A DNA stretch of 64,000 bases from positions 666 through 64,665 of the forward strand of contig JBDRLC010000042.1 in the NCBI GenBank assembly GCA_043813305.1, in the 5' to 3' direction. Source of the DNA: Candidatus Omnitrophota bacterium (GTDB taxonomy: Bacteria; Omnitrophota; Gorgyraeia; Gygaellales; Profunditerraquicolaceae). The translations under genes and the position numbers were made by a program. Positions 28,603 to 39,240 of this stretch are shown here, in pieces. How positions within the stretch are numbered: position 1 is the first letter of the stretch; the number at the start of each line of letters is the position of its first letter. The notes below the pieces were generated by a model that made no database searches, was not told the DNA's origin, and saw only the letters and a list, made by a program, of their open reading frames with translations.

Positions 28603-29909
28603 CTCTTCTGCTTTGCGTTGTTTTTGCTTAAAAGTTCCTCTCGGTTAATAATATTGCCTCTGACTACAAGAGCAAGTAATACCCAGAAAAAAGTGCCGAT
28701 CTGTAAATAGGTCCAACGGTCTCCGAAAAAGTTTGTAAACATCATAGAGACAACGCATGCGATGAAGCCCAAACCTAATCCTTTCAAGAAACTGTCTGAC
28801 GAAGAAATATAGAGCCGCCAGCCTGACCTGATCGCCAAAAGCAGTAAGCTAATAAAAATGATGAAGCCGATCATCCCCTGTTCCACCAGTATTTTTAAAT
28901 AGATATTGTGCGTATCAGCAAAACCTCCCGCCAAACCCAAATATGGCACTGTATTAAAACCGACACCGGCGATGGTATTATCCTGGAAGAGCTCAACACT
29001 CTCCTTCCACAAATCTATTCTTCTTTGGGCCGATGTCTCCAATTCCCCTTCCTCGGTTTTAGTTTGACTGATCCTTTCTACAACGCTAGGCGGCAGGAGG
29101 GATTGCCAAAATACCAAAAGCAATACTAAGGGGACAATTAATGATCTTTTTCTAAGTATGCTGATTACCAAAAAACCTGCCAATAGGCCAAAATATGCTC
29201 CTCTGGAAAATAAAAAGAGACATATATATAAGCCAAATGCTGCCAAAACGCCAAAGAGTATTCTCAGTAATTTCTTTTTATATGTGAGAAATAAGCCGAA
29301 AAATACAAATATATACTGAGCATAAAAGGCTGCCACCACATTCACACCCGTCCAGACAAAAGTCCCGTGTATCTTCTCCCGGGAAACCAAGAGATTCGGA
29401 AACCATTTCAACTGACCGCCGGTATAACGGTTCATAATAAGCACTGAAAAAGCCATGGCCAGAACTAACCACTTTATATGTTTCAAGCTTCGGATATTAT
29501 TAACTGTAACAAAATACAGCAGCGGAAAAATCATATAGTTCTTCCAGGCATGGAAACGTGGATCACCCAGGTTTAGGGGAGGAGCAAAACCTAAATAGGA
29601 AGATCCGCGCCAAAGAGAAAGATAAGTAAAAAGAATCATCACCAATATCAGCTTATTGAATGGCGTCTTTTCAAAAATACTTCGATTTCGTAACATCGAG
29701 CCGAATCCCCAGCCTAAAACAATAATCACAAGCAGGATATCTACAAAATCTTTACCGGAAGGAAATTGGTGTAATCGCTCAATTATATTTTGCAAAGGAA
29801 ACAGCGGCACTAAAAACATCAGACTCAGGTATACTCTGCCGGTTAAGGAGAAAATCAGTACCGCTGCTATACCGCCAAAGAATATTGCCGAAGCAACTAA
29901 ATCAATCAT
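28599..29909 (-). CDS. O-antigen ligase/Wzy-like polymerase
   Basis: Many TMs, FSRGA, R..LW, GVGF, THNIYL...EQG. Confidence 0.85.
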   Translation of the reverse strand: MIDLVASAIFFGGIAAVLIFSLTGRVYLSLMFLVPLFPLQNIIERLHQFPSGKDFVDILLVIIVLGWGFGSMLRNRSIFEKTPFNKLILVMILFTYLSLWRGSSYLGFAPPLNLGDPRFHAWKNYMIFPLLYFVTVNNIRSLKHIKWLVLAMAFSVLIMNRYTGGQLKWFPNLLVSREKIHGTFVWTGVNVVAAFYAQYIFVFFGLFLTYKKKLLRILFGVLAAFGLYICLFLFSRGAYFGLLAGFLVISILRKRSLIVPLVLLLVFWQSLLPPSVVERISQTKTEEGELETSAQRRIDLWKESVELFQDNTIAGVGFNTVPYLGLAGGFADTHNIYLKILVEQGMIGFIIFISLLLLAIRSGWRLYISSSDSFLKGLGLGFIACVVSMMFTNFFGDRWTYLQIGTFFWVLLALVVRGNIINREELLSKNNAKQKR

Positions 29910-31099
29910 AATTTACCTGCCTGATTAGAAAGAATATCACTATACAGTGTTTCGATTCTCTTTACTGTTATATCGAGGTTAAAAAGATCTCTTACCCTTC
30001 TTCTCCCTGCTTCCCCCATCTTTTCTATCAGTTCCGGATGATTAACCATATCCTCTAAAGCAGCAGCTAGTTTCGCCGGATTTGCCGAGGGAACAACATA
30101 GCCGTTAACACCGTTGATAATCAGCTCTGAAGGGCCGGGGACATCAGTCACTACTACAGGCTTACTCAAGGCCATCGCTTCTATTACCGTCAAACCAAAG
30201 CCTTCAGGGAATGTAGATGATGCCTGAACCAGGATATCTGAGGAAGCAATAATATTCTTAACATCGTTCCTCCAACCGGTAAAAATAATATCCTTATCCA
30301 GCCGAAGATTATTAACCATCTCCTTTAAGCTATGCTCAAATCTTTTATTACTTGAAGGAGATGCCCCGACTACCATAAACCTTACCTTCTTTATTCGCGG
30401 GGTTAGTATTTTCGCCGCTCTGATAAAGTCAGAGAAGCCCTTTCCTTCGACTAACCTGCCAACGATAACGATTATCCTCTCCTGAGATGAAATATGAAAT
30501 TCCTTCCGGATTCCGTCATTATACACAGCAGGATTATATTCATTAATATCGATACCATTAGGGATCAGTTCGATTCTCCTGTTCGGGTATTGCTTAATAT
30601 ACAGCTCCCTTGCCTTCTCTGTTAATACCACAAAGCAGTTGATCCATTTAGCAAAGAAGCGCTCTCTATTCACTGGCTCTTTTATATCGTGTAAATGACA
30701 GATGCAGGGTATTCCTAGAATCCTGGAAGCAATGATACCGGGAATAATGGAGATTATCTTGGCGTTAAGATGAAATAGAGAGATACGATATTTTTTGGCT
30801 AAGCGAATCAAAAATAAAGCCGTGGGAATATCAAATAGCATAAAATTGACTAATAAGGATAGGTATGCAAAGATGAAACCGTCTCTTTTTGTGCTGCGCT
30901 GTTTATACGGGATATTTATAACCTCAAGATCCATTTTCCTGATATTCTCTATGGCAGGGCCATTATGATGGACGGCAACAATAGGATGAAACTTCTCTCT
31001 ATCTATCTTACCCAGCCAGGATAATAGACATCGAGATGAACCGCCTAGGCCGGATGTCGGATCGTAATATAATATGTTGATCTTCTTTATCATTTTCAC
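29906..31099 (-). CDS. Glycosyltransferase family 4
   Basis: VGRLVEGKG, EGFGLTVIEAMA. Confidence 0.92.
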   Translation of the reverse strand: MKMIKKINILYYDPTSGLGGSSRCLLSWLGKIDREKFHPIVAVHHNGPAIENIRKMDLEVINIPYKQRSTKRDGFIFAYLSLLVNFMLFDIPTALFLIRLAKKYRISLFHLNAKIISIIPGIIASRILGIPCICHLHDIKEPVNRERFFAKWINCFVVLTEKARELYIKQYPNRRIELIPNGIDINEYNPAVYNDGIRKEFHISSQERIIVIVGRLVEGKGFSDFIRAAKILTPRIKKVRFMVVGASPSSNKRFEHSLKEMVNNLRLDKDIIFTGWRNDVKNIIASSDILVQASSTFPEGFGLTVIEAMALSKPVVVTDVPGPSELIINGVNGYVVPSANPAKLAAALEDMVNHPELIEKMGEAGRRRVRDLFNLDITVKRIETLYSDILSNQAGKL

Positions 31100-32028
31100 T
31101 TTGATCCTCTGACTAAATACCTTTTAATCTTGGTGATCCGGGAAATATCCGGATGGTAAAACAAGCTGAGCAGCGCAAACCTGCAGCTGTTCAGCCATTT
31201 CTTCTCTAAATAATACCTTGCTGCTATCTCCCAGAGAATATTAGCGTAGTCCTTGCGTACCTGCGTTTTATTCAGTCCGTCCCTCTTTGCACACTTTTTG
31301 GCGACTAAATACAAATATTTCAGCCCGTCAATCTTACTGCCTTTAGTTACGCTCTGATCATGTGTGCGGTAGACCGTCAACATTTCGTTTAAGAATCCTC
31401 CCTTTAATCCCGCATCCTGAAATCTGATACACAAATCAGAATTTTCACAGATTAATAGGTTTTCATCGAGTAATCCGACCTTTTCAAAACACTCCCTCTT
31501 CATCACCTGCGTGTTTGTATGCACGGGCAGACCCTTTTCAAAGTAAAAGAGTCCTTTTTTAATGTCGTATAATTCATGGGTTTTGGCATTGTAGCCGTAG
31601 GCATCTGGCTTGATTAATCTTTCATCCAATACCTTCCCCTCCATTGTCACTTTCTTCAGCGCCGTACAGACCCAATCGAAATTATGCTCCTGCATAAATG
31701 CAATTGACTTGCTCAGTTTCTCCCTCTCCCATAAATCATCGGCATCAAAGAAAGCCAGATAATCCCCTCTTGCCTCCTTTATTCCTTTATTGCGCGCTGC
31801 GGTACCGCCTCGATTCTCCTGATAAAAGTACCTTATTTTACCGTTGTATTGCTTCAGGTATTTGCTCAAAATCTGCTTGGTATTATCGGTAGAGCCATCA
31901 TCGATAATAATAATCTCAAAATCTTTATACGTCTGGTTTAAAACACTATTAACTGCACCGGCAATGTACCTTGCGCAGTTAAAGGTCGGTATCACCACAC
32001 TGACTAATTTGTTATTCTCTGATCTCAT
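31096..32028 (-). CDS. Glycosyltransferase family 2
   Basis: SVVIPTFN, DDGSTD, FFDADD. Confidence 0.92.
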   Translation of the reverse strand: MRSENNKLVSVVIPTFNCARYIAGAVNSVLNQTYKDFEIIIIDDGSTDNTKQILSKYLKQYNGKIRYFYQENRGGTAARNKGIKEARGDYLAFFDADDLWEREKLSKSIAFMQEHNFDWVCTALKKVTMEGKVLDERLIKPDAYGYNAKTHELYDIKKGLFYFEKGLPVHTNTQVMKRECFEKVGLLDENLLICENSDLCIRFQDAGLKGGFLNEMLTVYRTHDQSVTKGSKIDGLKYLYLVAKKCAKRDGLNKTQVRKDYANILWEIAARYYLEKKWLNSCRFALLSLFYHPDISRITKIKRYLVRGSK

Positions 32029-32044
32029 CTTAAATTTATTGACT

Positions 32045-34084
32045 CTAATTCAACTCTGCATATATCTGCGATAATTGCTTAATCTGTTTCTCTAAGCTGA
32101 ATTCAGACAACACCCTCTTTTTGGCATTGGCGGTTAAACTTTGCGCTAACTCCCTGTTATCTAAGAGCATCAGCACCGCTTCTGCCATCTCCCTGAAATC
32201 CCCGGGCGCAGTCAATAATCCACTGAGTCTGTTCTCAACTATTTCATTGTTGCCTGCGATATCCGTTGCGATCACTGGCTTTTTTAAAAGCATTGCTTCA
32301 ATTAAAACCGTTGGTAAACCCTCTATAAGTGCGTTGAGCACTATGATATCAGAAAGAGAGATCCATTCCGGGACATCACTGCTAAAACCGGTGAAGATAA
32401 CATATCGCTCTAATTCCATCTCCTTCACCATATCCTGCATCTTACTTAGATATCCCGGCTGATACTTATCGTCTCCGATCAGAAGAAACCTCACATCACC
32501 TCTCACCTTAATTACTTCCTTTGCCATCTTAATAAAACTGCTGATCCCCTTTCTCTCAATAACCTGCCCGATCTGGCTGACGAGATTACCTTTACCGTTC
32601 AGAGAAAATTTATTCCTTAACTCCTTCATCTTATCTGTGTTGACGTTGTAGTCGTTTACTTTTATCCCGTTATATATAAGTCGAATCCTCTCCTCTTTCA
32701 CCCCTTGATCTATGAACCTCTCTCTTACTCCGCTTGAAACCGCCAAAGTCAGATCTGCCAGCCTAAGAAATGAATTTTTAATCTCTCTCTTAGAATAGAT
32801 CGTAGAGTGGACATGGCAGATGCAAGGTATCCGGCATAATTTGGCGGTGATACTGCAGTATTGATTCGGATACAACCCACTTACATGTATAAATCTGATC
32901 TTCTCCTTTTTGATAAAAGAATAAAGTTTCAAAACCGTAAGCAGAAAAGAAAGGGGATTTTTTCTCTTCAGTCTGGAGAGTTTAAGGAGTTTAACTTTTA
33001 TGCCCGCCCTCTCCAATGCCTGCGCAAAGATTCCCTGCTTAGGCAAAACTACAATTGGTTCATAACCCTCTGACTTGATTTGTCTTACAATATTAAGCAG
33101 TACTTTTTCCTGTCCGGCTATAATATGGCTGTTGCCATGCACGTAAGCAATCCTTTTTTTAGCCTGCATATTAACAGCGTAACTCTTTACGCCAAAGGGA
33201 TGCCTGAATAGATAGAATCCTATACCCGAACTGATGCCGCACAGCGCTCCCCGGATCTGTAACAATTTGAGCTGACGTCGCTGCTTATCCCTATTTTTAA
33301 AAGTCGAGAAATAATTTTCTATATGATGACGAGAGATCCAATATAATTTCTTCAAGGCATATATATCGTTTGCGGTAATGAAATGCTTTAGCCAGAAGAA
33401 ATAATGCCCTTTGGCATCGCGATAAATTAATCGTTTTGCTTCATCATCGCAAAATCTTGGCTTGTGGGTAACCTGGGGTTTCTCAGAAAAAATAACCTTC
33501 TTCCTCATCTTTAAAAAGCGGTAAACCATATCCATATCATCGGCGCAACTTCCCACGGCTCCCGGACCTAAGTTGGGATCAAATGCTCCTATTTCTTCCA
33601 GCGCGGATCTCTTAAAAGCCATATTCACTCCATTACCCATGAGCAGATCATCTGTTGGTGTTTGAAAGTATTCTCGCTCTCCTGCCTGATTAGTAAAGTA
33701 GCTCGCCCCTAAAATACAATCGGGGTCCTGAGAGCGGAACTCTGCAATAATCTGCCAGAGCCAATCCTGCGCTGTGGTTACATCATCATCAGTAAATGCA
33801 ATAATTTTACCTCTGGATTCCCTTATGCCTCTATTTCTGGCATTAGACAATCCCAGGCGAGGTTCAAAAACATAACGCAGCCTCTGGTTAAACCGAGGCA
33901 TATAAGATTCGACCACTGCCCTTGTCTCATCCTTTGAATTATTGTCCACTACAATTATCTCAAAATCAAGAATGCCGTCGGTCTTTTGGTATAAAAGTGA
34001 ATCCAAAACGTCCTTAAGAGACCGAGAACGGTTATGCGTGCAAATAATTATACTTATATCCAAATGGTTATTGATACTTTTCAT
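32045..34084 (-). CDS. GT2-GT4 fusion glycosyltransferase
   Basis: N-terminal SIIICTHNR/VDNNS/FTDDD; C-terminal GQVIERKG/EGLPTVLIEAM. Confidence 0.9.
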   Translation of the reverse strand: MKSINNHLDISIIICTHNRSRSLKDVLDSLLYQKTDGILDFEIIVVDNNSKDETRAVVESYMPRFNQRLRYVFEPRLGLSNARNRGIRESRGKIIAFTDDDVTTAQDWLWQIIAEFRSQDPDCILGASYFTNQAGEREYFQTPTDDLLMGNGVNMAFKRSALEEIGAFDPNLGPGAVGSCADDMDMVYRFLKMRKKVIFSEKPQVTHKPRFCDDEAKRLIYRDAKGHYFFWLKHFITANDIYALKKLYWISRHHIENYFSTFKNRDKQRRQLKLLQIRGALCGISSGIGFYLFRHPFGVKSYAVNMQAKKRIAYVHGNSHIIAGQEKVLLNIVRQIKSEGYEPIVVLPKQGIFAQALERAGIKVKLLKLSRLKRKNPLSFLLTVLKLYSFIKKEKIRFIHVSGLYPNQYCSITAKLCRIPCICHVHSTIYSKREIKNSFLRLADLTLAVSSGVRERFIDQGVKEERIRLIYNGIKVNDYNVNTDKMKELRNKFSLNGKGNLVSQIGQVIERKGISSFIKMAKEVIKVRGDVRFLLIGDDKYQPGYLSKMQDMVKEMELERYVIFTGFSSDVPEWISLSDIIVLNALIEGLPTVLIEAMLLKKPVIATDIAGNNEIVENRLSGLLTAPGDFREMAEAVLMLLDNRELAQSLTANAKKRVLSEFSLEKQIKQLSQIYAELN

Positions 34085-35255
34085 TATTTCTCCACTTAGA
34101 GATGATCATTTGATAATAATTTATCAGCAAATCAAGATTTCTTTTTTCATTAAATCCTTCTGATATCGTTTCTGCTGCCTCCTGTCCAATCTTTTCTAAT
34201 TGGTTTTTATCCATTGAGCAAATTTCCTTAAGGCACCGCAGCAATTGCTGACTCTCATCATATTTGATTAAAAAGCCGTTTCGACCGCTAGTAATAATAT
34301 CTTCAAACCCGGAAGAATAGGTAGTTACTACAACTTTACCCTCAGCCATAGATTCAAGGCAACTATTTGGCAAATTATCGATCTTTGAAGGTAAAATCAC
34401 TGCCCGGGCGCCTTTTATAAATGGCAATAGTTGAGATCTCTGCATCGAGTCTAAGTAAATAACCCTTTCTCTAAAAGGTCCTGCCGCTCGCTTAAATTGC
34501 TCCTCTCTACCGTATCTACCGATAAAGATAAAATTGGTATTTGGATTTTCCTCTAATATATTTTGTAAATTAGCGAGTAAAAAATCAACTCCCTTCAGAG
34601 GCATAATTGACCCGTAGAATAACAAATAATCCAAACCTTTAGCATACTTATTAAATAATCCCGGATCGCTCTTTGTATGCTCTCTGGTGAAAGGCGGTCT
34701 GATCACTTCTATATTTAAAGGTTCGAAAAAATTAATTATCTCACAGAGTGTCTTGCTTGGCGCGTAAAGGCCCTGTGACTTTCTCATCTGAATTAATTCT
34801 AACTTCTCTACGAAAAACTGTTCGCTCAGATAGGAGAATCCTCCGTTTGCTGCACGCCAAAGGGGTGCAAAACTGGATATTCTTGTAACTGTGGGTAATA
34901 ATTTTGATCTGACTAAGAATAATCCGACAGAGAGATAGCTCGCGGCCTGCACAACATCTATCTCTTGCTGCCTGTGTTTCTTTAACAGAGCTTTTTTCAG
35001 CAAATATGAACCTAAAAGTATGTTAATTGTCCTTTGAACCTTTTTAAGCAAGTAAGAATTTACGGGTCTAAACTTCACCCTGTTTATTGTCACTCTATCT
35101 TTCTTCAGGATGCCGTTAGAATCGGTCAAAACAAATATCTCTACATCATGGCCCATTCTAGACAATCCTACTGCCACCCTCTGCAAATAATTTGCTAAAC
35201 CACCTGCAAAATTTGCTTCTGTAATGTATTCTGATGTTAAAAAAGCTATCCTCAT
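34068..35255 (-). CDS. Glycosyltransferase family 4
   Basis: MRIAFLTSEY, GGLANY, DNLPNSCLESMA. Confidence 0.88.
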   Translation of the reverse strand: MRIAFLTSEYITEANFAGGLANYLQRVAVGLSRMGHDVEIFVLTDSNGILKKDRVTINRVKFRPVNSYLLKKVQRTINILLGSYLLKKALLKKHRQQEIDVVQAASYLSVGLFLVRSKLLPTVTRISSFAPLWRAANGGFSYLSEQFFVEKLELIQMRKSQGLYAPSKTLCEIINFFEPLNIEVIRPPFTREHTKSDPGLFNKYAKGLDYLLFYGSIMPLKGVDFLLANLQNILEENPNTNFIFIGRYGREEQFKRAAGPFRERVIYLDSMQRSQLLPFIKGARAVILPSKIDNLPNSCLESMAEGKVVVTTYSSGFEDIITSGRNGFLIKYDESQQLLRCLKEICSMDKNQLEKIGQEAAETISEGFNEKRNLDLLINYYQMIISKWRNNEKYQ

Positions 35256-36307
35256 GTTTTTTTCTTTTTTTGCGCCTTGATATACTCAATAAAATCATCT
35301 ACCTGAGCTTCCTCCGGCCAGATATGGCATTCCTTCCATTTTAAATCCGGCTGCCAATAGCCCGGACATTTATGCACCGCGGAATCCAGAAAGGTATAAC
35401 TTATTTCACTAATCACAGGTTGATTATCCAAATATAGGAAATCGTAAGCCATGCACTGGCATTTTAATAAAGCGGAAACCCTGAATGCAATCTTTACCAT
35501 CTCCAGATCTACCTTGGATACGTCGTAATCGATTCTTCCGCTGCCTGAAGCGCGAAATTCGCCTTCTCGGTTGTACCTGATGAATCCGAATGCCCTATTA
35601 CCAATGATAGTGATCCGGGTGTCGTATGCATTTTCCGGGACAAATTCCTGGAAATAAACATATTTCATCTCCGGCTGCCACCAGGGTTGAGGTAAGGGCG
35701 GGTAGATATTAAATAATCCGAAAAGCATCCCGCGTTTAATCCTATAGAGTATTCTTTTTAATTCTGAGAAGTTCTTGGGTGTTGAGAATCTCTTTTTACT
35801 ATTAATCGTAGATGGAAAGATGCCTTCTTCGAATGACCTCTCAATGAGCCTTAGGGCATCCTCTTTTCCCTCTACCTTTATCACATTGGCAGAGCTCGCT
35901 CCTGTTGATAACTTAAATACCTTGGGGTAACTTGTATTTTTGGCCCATTCTACAGCAGTCTTTCTATCCCAGAAGATCCATGTTTGCGGAGCCGGTATAT
36001 TTAAGGCCTTAAAGATTAGATGCTGTGCGATCTTGTTATCGTAATGCCAGTAAGTATTATGGTCTGGGAATACCGGTATTCCCAGATAATGCTCGATTGT
36101 ATGCAGGATCCGGTATGCCTTGTTTCTTTCTTTTGGAATATGTAGAGGCCTCCACATTACTCCGTCACAATCTTTTATCTGCTCCAAGCCATCGTGCGCA
36201 GTTAAATCTACCCATTTTACCTCCACATTTCTCTTTTTAAGAAACTCCCACCACTTCTGGGAGTAAGATTCTGTTGGCATTCTGTCCGGATTTATCGCGA
36301 TCTTCAT
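35252..36307 (-). CDS. ATP-grasp (RimK-like) ligase
   Basis: YPKVFKLSTGASS, FQEFVP, DTRIT, FRASGSG, AYDFL, EISY. Confidence 0.85.
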   Translation of the reverse strand: MKIAINPDRMPTESYSQKWWEFLKKRNVEVKWVDLTAHDGLEQIKDCDGVMWRPLHIPKERNKAYRILHTIEHYLGIPVFPDHNTYWHYDNKIAQHLIFKALNIPAPQTWIFWDRKTAVEWAKNTSYPKVFKLSTGASSANVIKVEGKEDALRLIERSFEEGIFPSTINSKKRFSTPKNFSELKRILYRIKRGMLFGLFNIYPPLPQPWWQPEMKYVYFQEFVPENAYDTRITIIGNRAFGFIRYNREGEFRASGSGRIDYDVSKVDLEMVKIAFRVSALLKCQCMAYDFLYLDNQPVISEISYTFLDSAVHKCPGYWQPDLKWKECHIWPEEAQVDDFIEYIKAQKKKKT

Positions 36308-36308
36308 C

Positions 36309-38000
36309 TTAATTTAATACCTCATCCATCATATTCCCTAAATCCTCTACGGACTGCTTCTCAATGAAAATCCTATGCCAAATGTAATAATTCAGCAGAC
36401 TCCATAAGGTCATTGCATCCTTTTCTTTCTTCAAATCGAAAAGGTCAACATTCAAACTGTCCTTCAATGGACCGCTGGCGAATCTATCTATAAGCTGAAC
36501 CAGAAGGCCGTGATTACCTCCCCATTTACTTACCTCAAAACCAAAAGAACTCTTCTCTCTATTAATTATATCTTGAGGAATACCGATATCTTCACACATC
36601 TTGCGGATGAGGTATTTTTTTGACTTTAATTTATGCTCCCAGGATACCAAGAGGCTAAGTTTTATCACCTCTAAATCCGAAAAGGGAAAAAATAAATACT
36701 TACCGCAGGATTCGGCAAGTCTCCCCCAGATAACCTGAGTGGCAGCAGCATTGGTGATAAGTGTTGCGATGACCATAAAATCCAGGATATTTTTATTGGC
36801 CACTGTTTTTAGAAGATTAATCCTGGGTTCTAGAAGTCTTCTTTTGGATATACCAAACTCCCTTTGAATCCATGCTAAATTCCCGTATGCGCCGATAGAC
36901 CAAAAATTAAAGTCAATATCCCCATCAGTATATACGCAATTTTCAAAATATTGCGCAGGGGTATAACCTTTCTTGCTCCGCTGATATAGATAAATGAATA
37001 ATTTCTTTAATATCGGTTTAAAAGGAATATTCTTCCACACAGATGACATTAATCTGTATGTATTGCTAAATCCATCCATCCCGCAGAGCGCATCAGCACC
37101 CTGTCCGCAGAGTAGAATTTTTGCATCCGGCGATATCCCATGCTTAAACAGATTATACAAGCAAACACTCTGTAGATGATGAACCGGAGCTTCTGCCGAG
37201 GCTATTGCCTCAATCAAACCCAAAAAATATTCTTTCTTCGAAAACTGGTATGTTGTATGATCTGTCTTTAGGTATTCAGAAGTGCTTTTGGCATAATTAG
37301 TCTCGGTCATCTGATGATCAAATTCTCTCGGGTAATCAGTCGAGAATGTCTTCTTCTGATTCAGAAGATTGCCTGCTAAACTTACCAAAAGACTACTATC
37401 CAACCCGCCGCTAAACAGAGTTGTTACTTCTGATCGTTGCTCTTTGAGCTCACTAATTGTTTTAGTTAACCTCTCCAATATTAATCCTACACTGCCGTTT
37501 TGCTGGTAAGTATTCCCAATACTCAAATTTGTAAGGTATTCTTTTTTAAAAGAAAGTTTCTGTTTTCTGCTTGAGATAACGAGCCTCTCTGCAAAGCCTA
37601 GTAAATTAATCGATTTATAGAGTGTCCGCGGAGGAGCCACGCATCTATAAAGAAAGTATTCAGGCAAGGCATCCAGATTCTCCTCTAATTTAATCCCTGC
37701 CTGCTCAAGTAAACTAATATGTGAAGCACAAAGGAATTGCCCTCCGGACGTAATATGATAATAAACCGGTTTAAAAAACTTAGTATCGCATTCAATAGTA
37801 ATCAAGCCTCTTCTTCTAATGAATCTCACCTTAAGGTTGGAAATAGATTCCTGGAGAGTATAGTAATCCTGGAGTTTATCAAAGATAAATCCGTTTTGCT
37901 TAAAGTAAAGATTGACTCTTGTTTCCCGAAAGTCAAATTTCTCTTCAGCAAAAGAAGGAATTTCCAGTCTTAGTTCTTTGTTAATTGATAAGATGAACAT
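36309..38000 (-). CDS. Asparagine synthase-like amide ligase lacking the N-terminal Cys
   Basis: PP-loop FSGGLDSS, GQGADAL, K.LIR, REKSSF; degenerate Ntn domain. Confidence 0.8.
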   Translation of the reverse strand: MFILSINKELRLEIPSFAEEKFDFRETRVNLYFKQNGFIFDKLQDYYTLQESISNLKVRFIRRRGLITIECDTKFFKPVYYHITSGGQFLCASHISLLEQAGIKLEENLDALPEYFLYRCVAPPRTLYKSINLLGFAERLVISSRKQKLSFKKEYLTNLSIGNTYQQNGSVGLILERLTKTISELKEQRSEVTTLFSGGLDSSLLVSLAGNLLNQKKTFSTDYPREFDHQMTETNYAKSTSEYLKTDHTTYQFSKKEYFLGLIEAIASAEAPVHHLQSVCLYNLFKHGISPDAKILLCGQGADALCGMDGFSNTYRLMSSVWKNIPFKPILKKLFIYLYQRSKKGYTPAQYFENCVYTDGDIDFNFWSIGAYGNLAWIQREFGISKRRLLEPRINLLKTVANKNILDFMVIATLITNAAATQVIWGRLAESCGKYLFFPFSDLEVIKLSLLVSWEHKLKSKKYLIRKMCEDIGIPQDIINREKSSFGFEVSKWGGNHGLLVQLIDRFASGPLKDSLNVDLFDLKKEKDAMTLWSLLNYYIWHRIFIEKQSVEDLGNMMDEVLN

Positions 38001-38004
38001 AGTT

Positions 38005-39240
38005 TTACGTTGAACTCCATTTTACTTTCGCCAAAAATACGCCTCTAGTAATGATCTTTGATGCAGCTGCACCTATTCTGATCAAATCTTTTTTTCTAAT
38101 AACATAAGGATGAAACATATCTTTATCAAAGATAGACAGCTTAAGGATATAAATACCCGGTGCTAAGTTTATTCTGCCTAAATCTATATTTATGCTGCCT
38201 TTACCTTCAATGGCAGATGGGGAGGAATTTTCATCTTTGGTATTTGAAGAGCAGCACACTACTCCGTCAGAACGAAATATATCCAGCGAAAAAATTGGCT
38301 GCTCAATTCTTTCCCTTGCCTCATAATCGACCTTTATTGATATAGCTTCTCCGATACTAAAATCTTCTTTGCGTTTCGATAGGCCGCTATATAAATCAAC
38401 GCCTAAAATTTTAACCGGCGATGCCCCATTGATCCGAATTTTATAATCTTGTGAGCTTAGCTTCTTCTTGAACTCCTCTTCTCTCTGCTTATTGACTATA
38501 TTCTCGTAAAAGGGAATTGTATCTACCGGAGTGCCCTCTTTAATCGCCTGTCCTTTATCAAGCAGGATTACTCTTTTGCAAAGACTTCTAATTAAAGATA
38601 AATTGTGAGAAACCAAAAGAATAGTTGTGTTATCATTAAGCAGTTCTCTCATCTTCTCGGCACACTTGGCCTGAAAGGCCATATCTCCGACTGCCAGGAC
38701 TTCATCCACCAATAGAATATCGGTATCCATATGTGCGGCTACAGAAAAACCCAGCCTTGAAAACATTCCCGATGAGTATCTTTTTACCGGCGTATCAATA
38801 AACTCCCTAAGCCCTGAAAACTCGATGATCTCCTCTAATTTGCCATCGATTTCTTTTCTCTTCATCCCCAGGATCGTTCCGTTAAGATAGATGTTCTCCC
38901 TGCCGGTTAAGTCCGGATGAAACCCGGCAGTGACCTCGATTAATGCAGAAAGTTTTCCGTTTCTCTTAATCTCACCTTTATTCGGCTCCATGATCCTGGA
39001 AAGAAGTTTTAAGATAGTGCTCTTCCCTGCGCCATTTGGCCCGATAACCCCTACTACCTCCCCCTTCTCCAATGCAAAACTCACGTCTTTGAGCGCCCAG
39101 AATTCCTGCTCCTCTAGGCCGTTTCCTTTTTCTCTTTTAAACATACGCTTAAACAAGTTAGGAACAGTATCTCTCAAGGAGTTAAATCTCTCTCCTTTTT
39201 TGAATTTCTTATAAACATTCTGGAATTCGATCACCTTCAT
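38005..39240 (-). CDS. wzt: Polysaccharide ABC transporter ATPase with C-terminal carbohydrate-binding domain
   Basis: FWALKDVSF, GPNGAGKST, YSSGM, LVDEVLAVGD, Wzt_C extension. Confidence 0.93.
   Translation of the reverse strand: MKVIEFQNVYKKFKKGERFNSLRDTVPNLFKRMFKREKGNGLEEQEFWALKDVSFALEKGEVVGVIGPNGAGKSTILKLLSRIMEPNKGEIKRNGKLSALIEVTAGFHPDLTGRENIYLNGTILGMKRKEIDGKLEEIIEFSGLREFIDTPVKRYSSGMFSRLGFSVAAHMDTDILLVDEVLAVGDMAFQAKCAEKMRELLNDNTTILLVSHNLSLIRSLCKRVILLDKGQAIKEGTPVDTIPFYENIVNKQREEEFKKKLSSQDYKIRINGASPVKILGVDLYSGLSKRKEDFSIGEAISIKVDYEARERIEQPIFSLDIFRSDGVVCCSSNTKDENSSPSAIEGKGSINIDLGRINLAPGIYILKLSIFDKDMFHPYVIRKKDLIRIGAAASKIITRGVFLAKVKWSST

Noticed and set aside
36309-38000. Lasso peptide or other RiPP cluster (AsnB-like, ATP-grasp, SPASM radical SAM)
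   Set aside because: No precursor, RRE or B-protein seen; context is entirely polysaccharide. The Gly-rich micro-proteins carry lipobox and PEP-CTERM signals instead of RiPP leaders.
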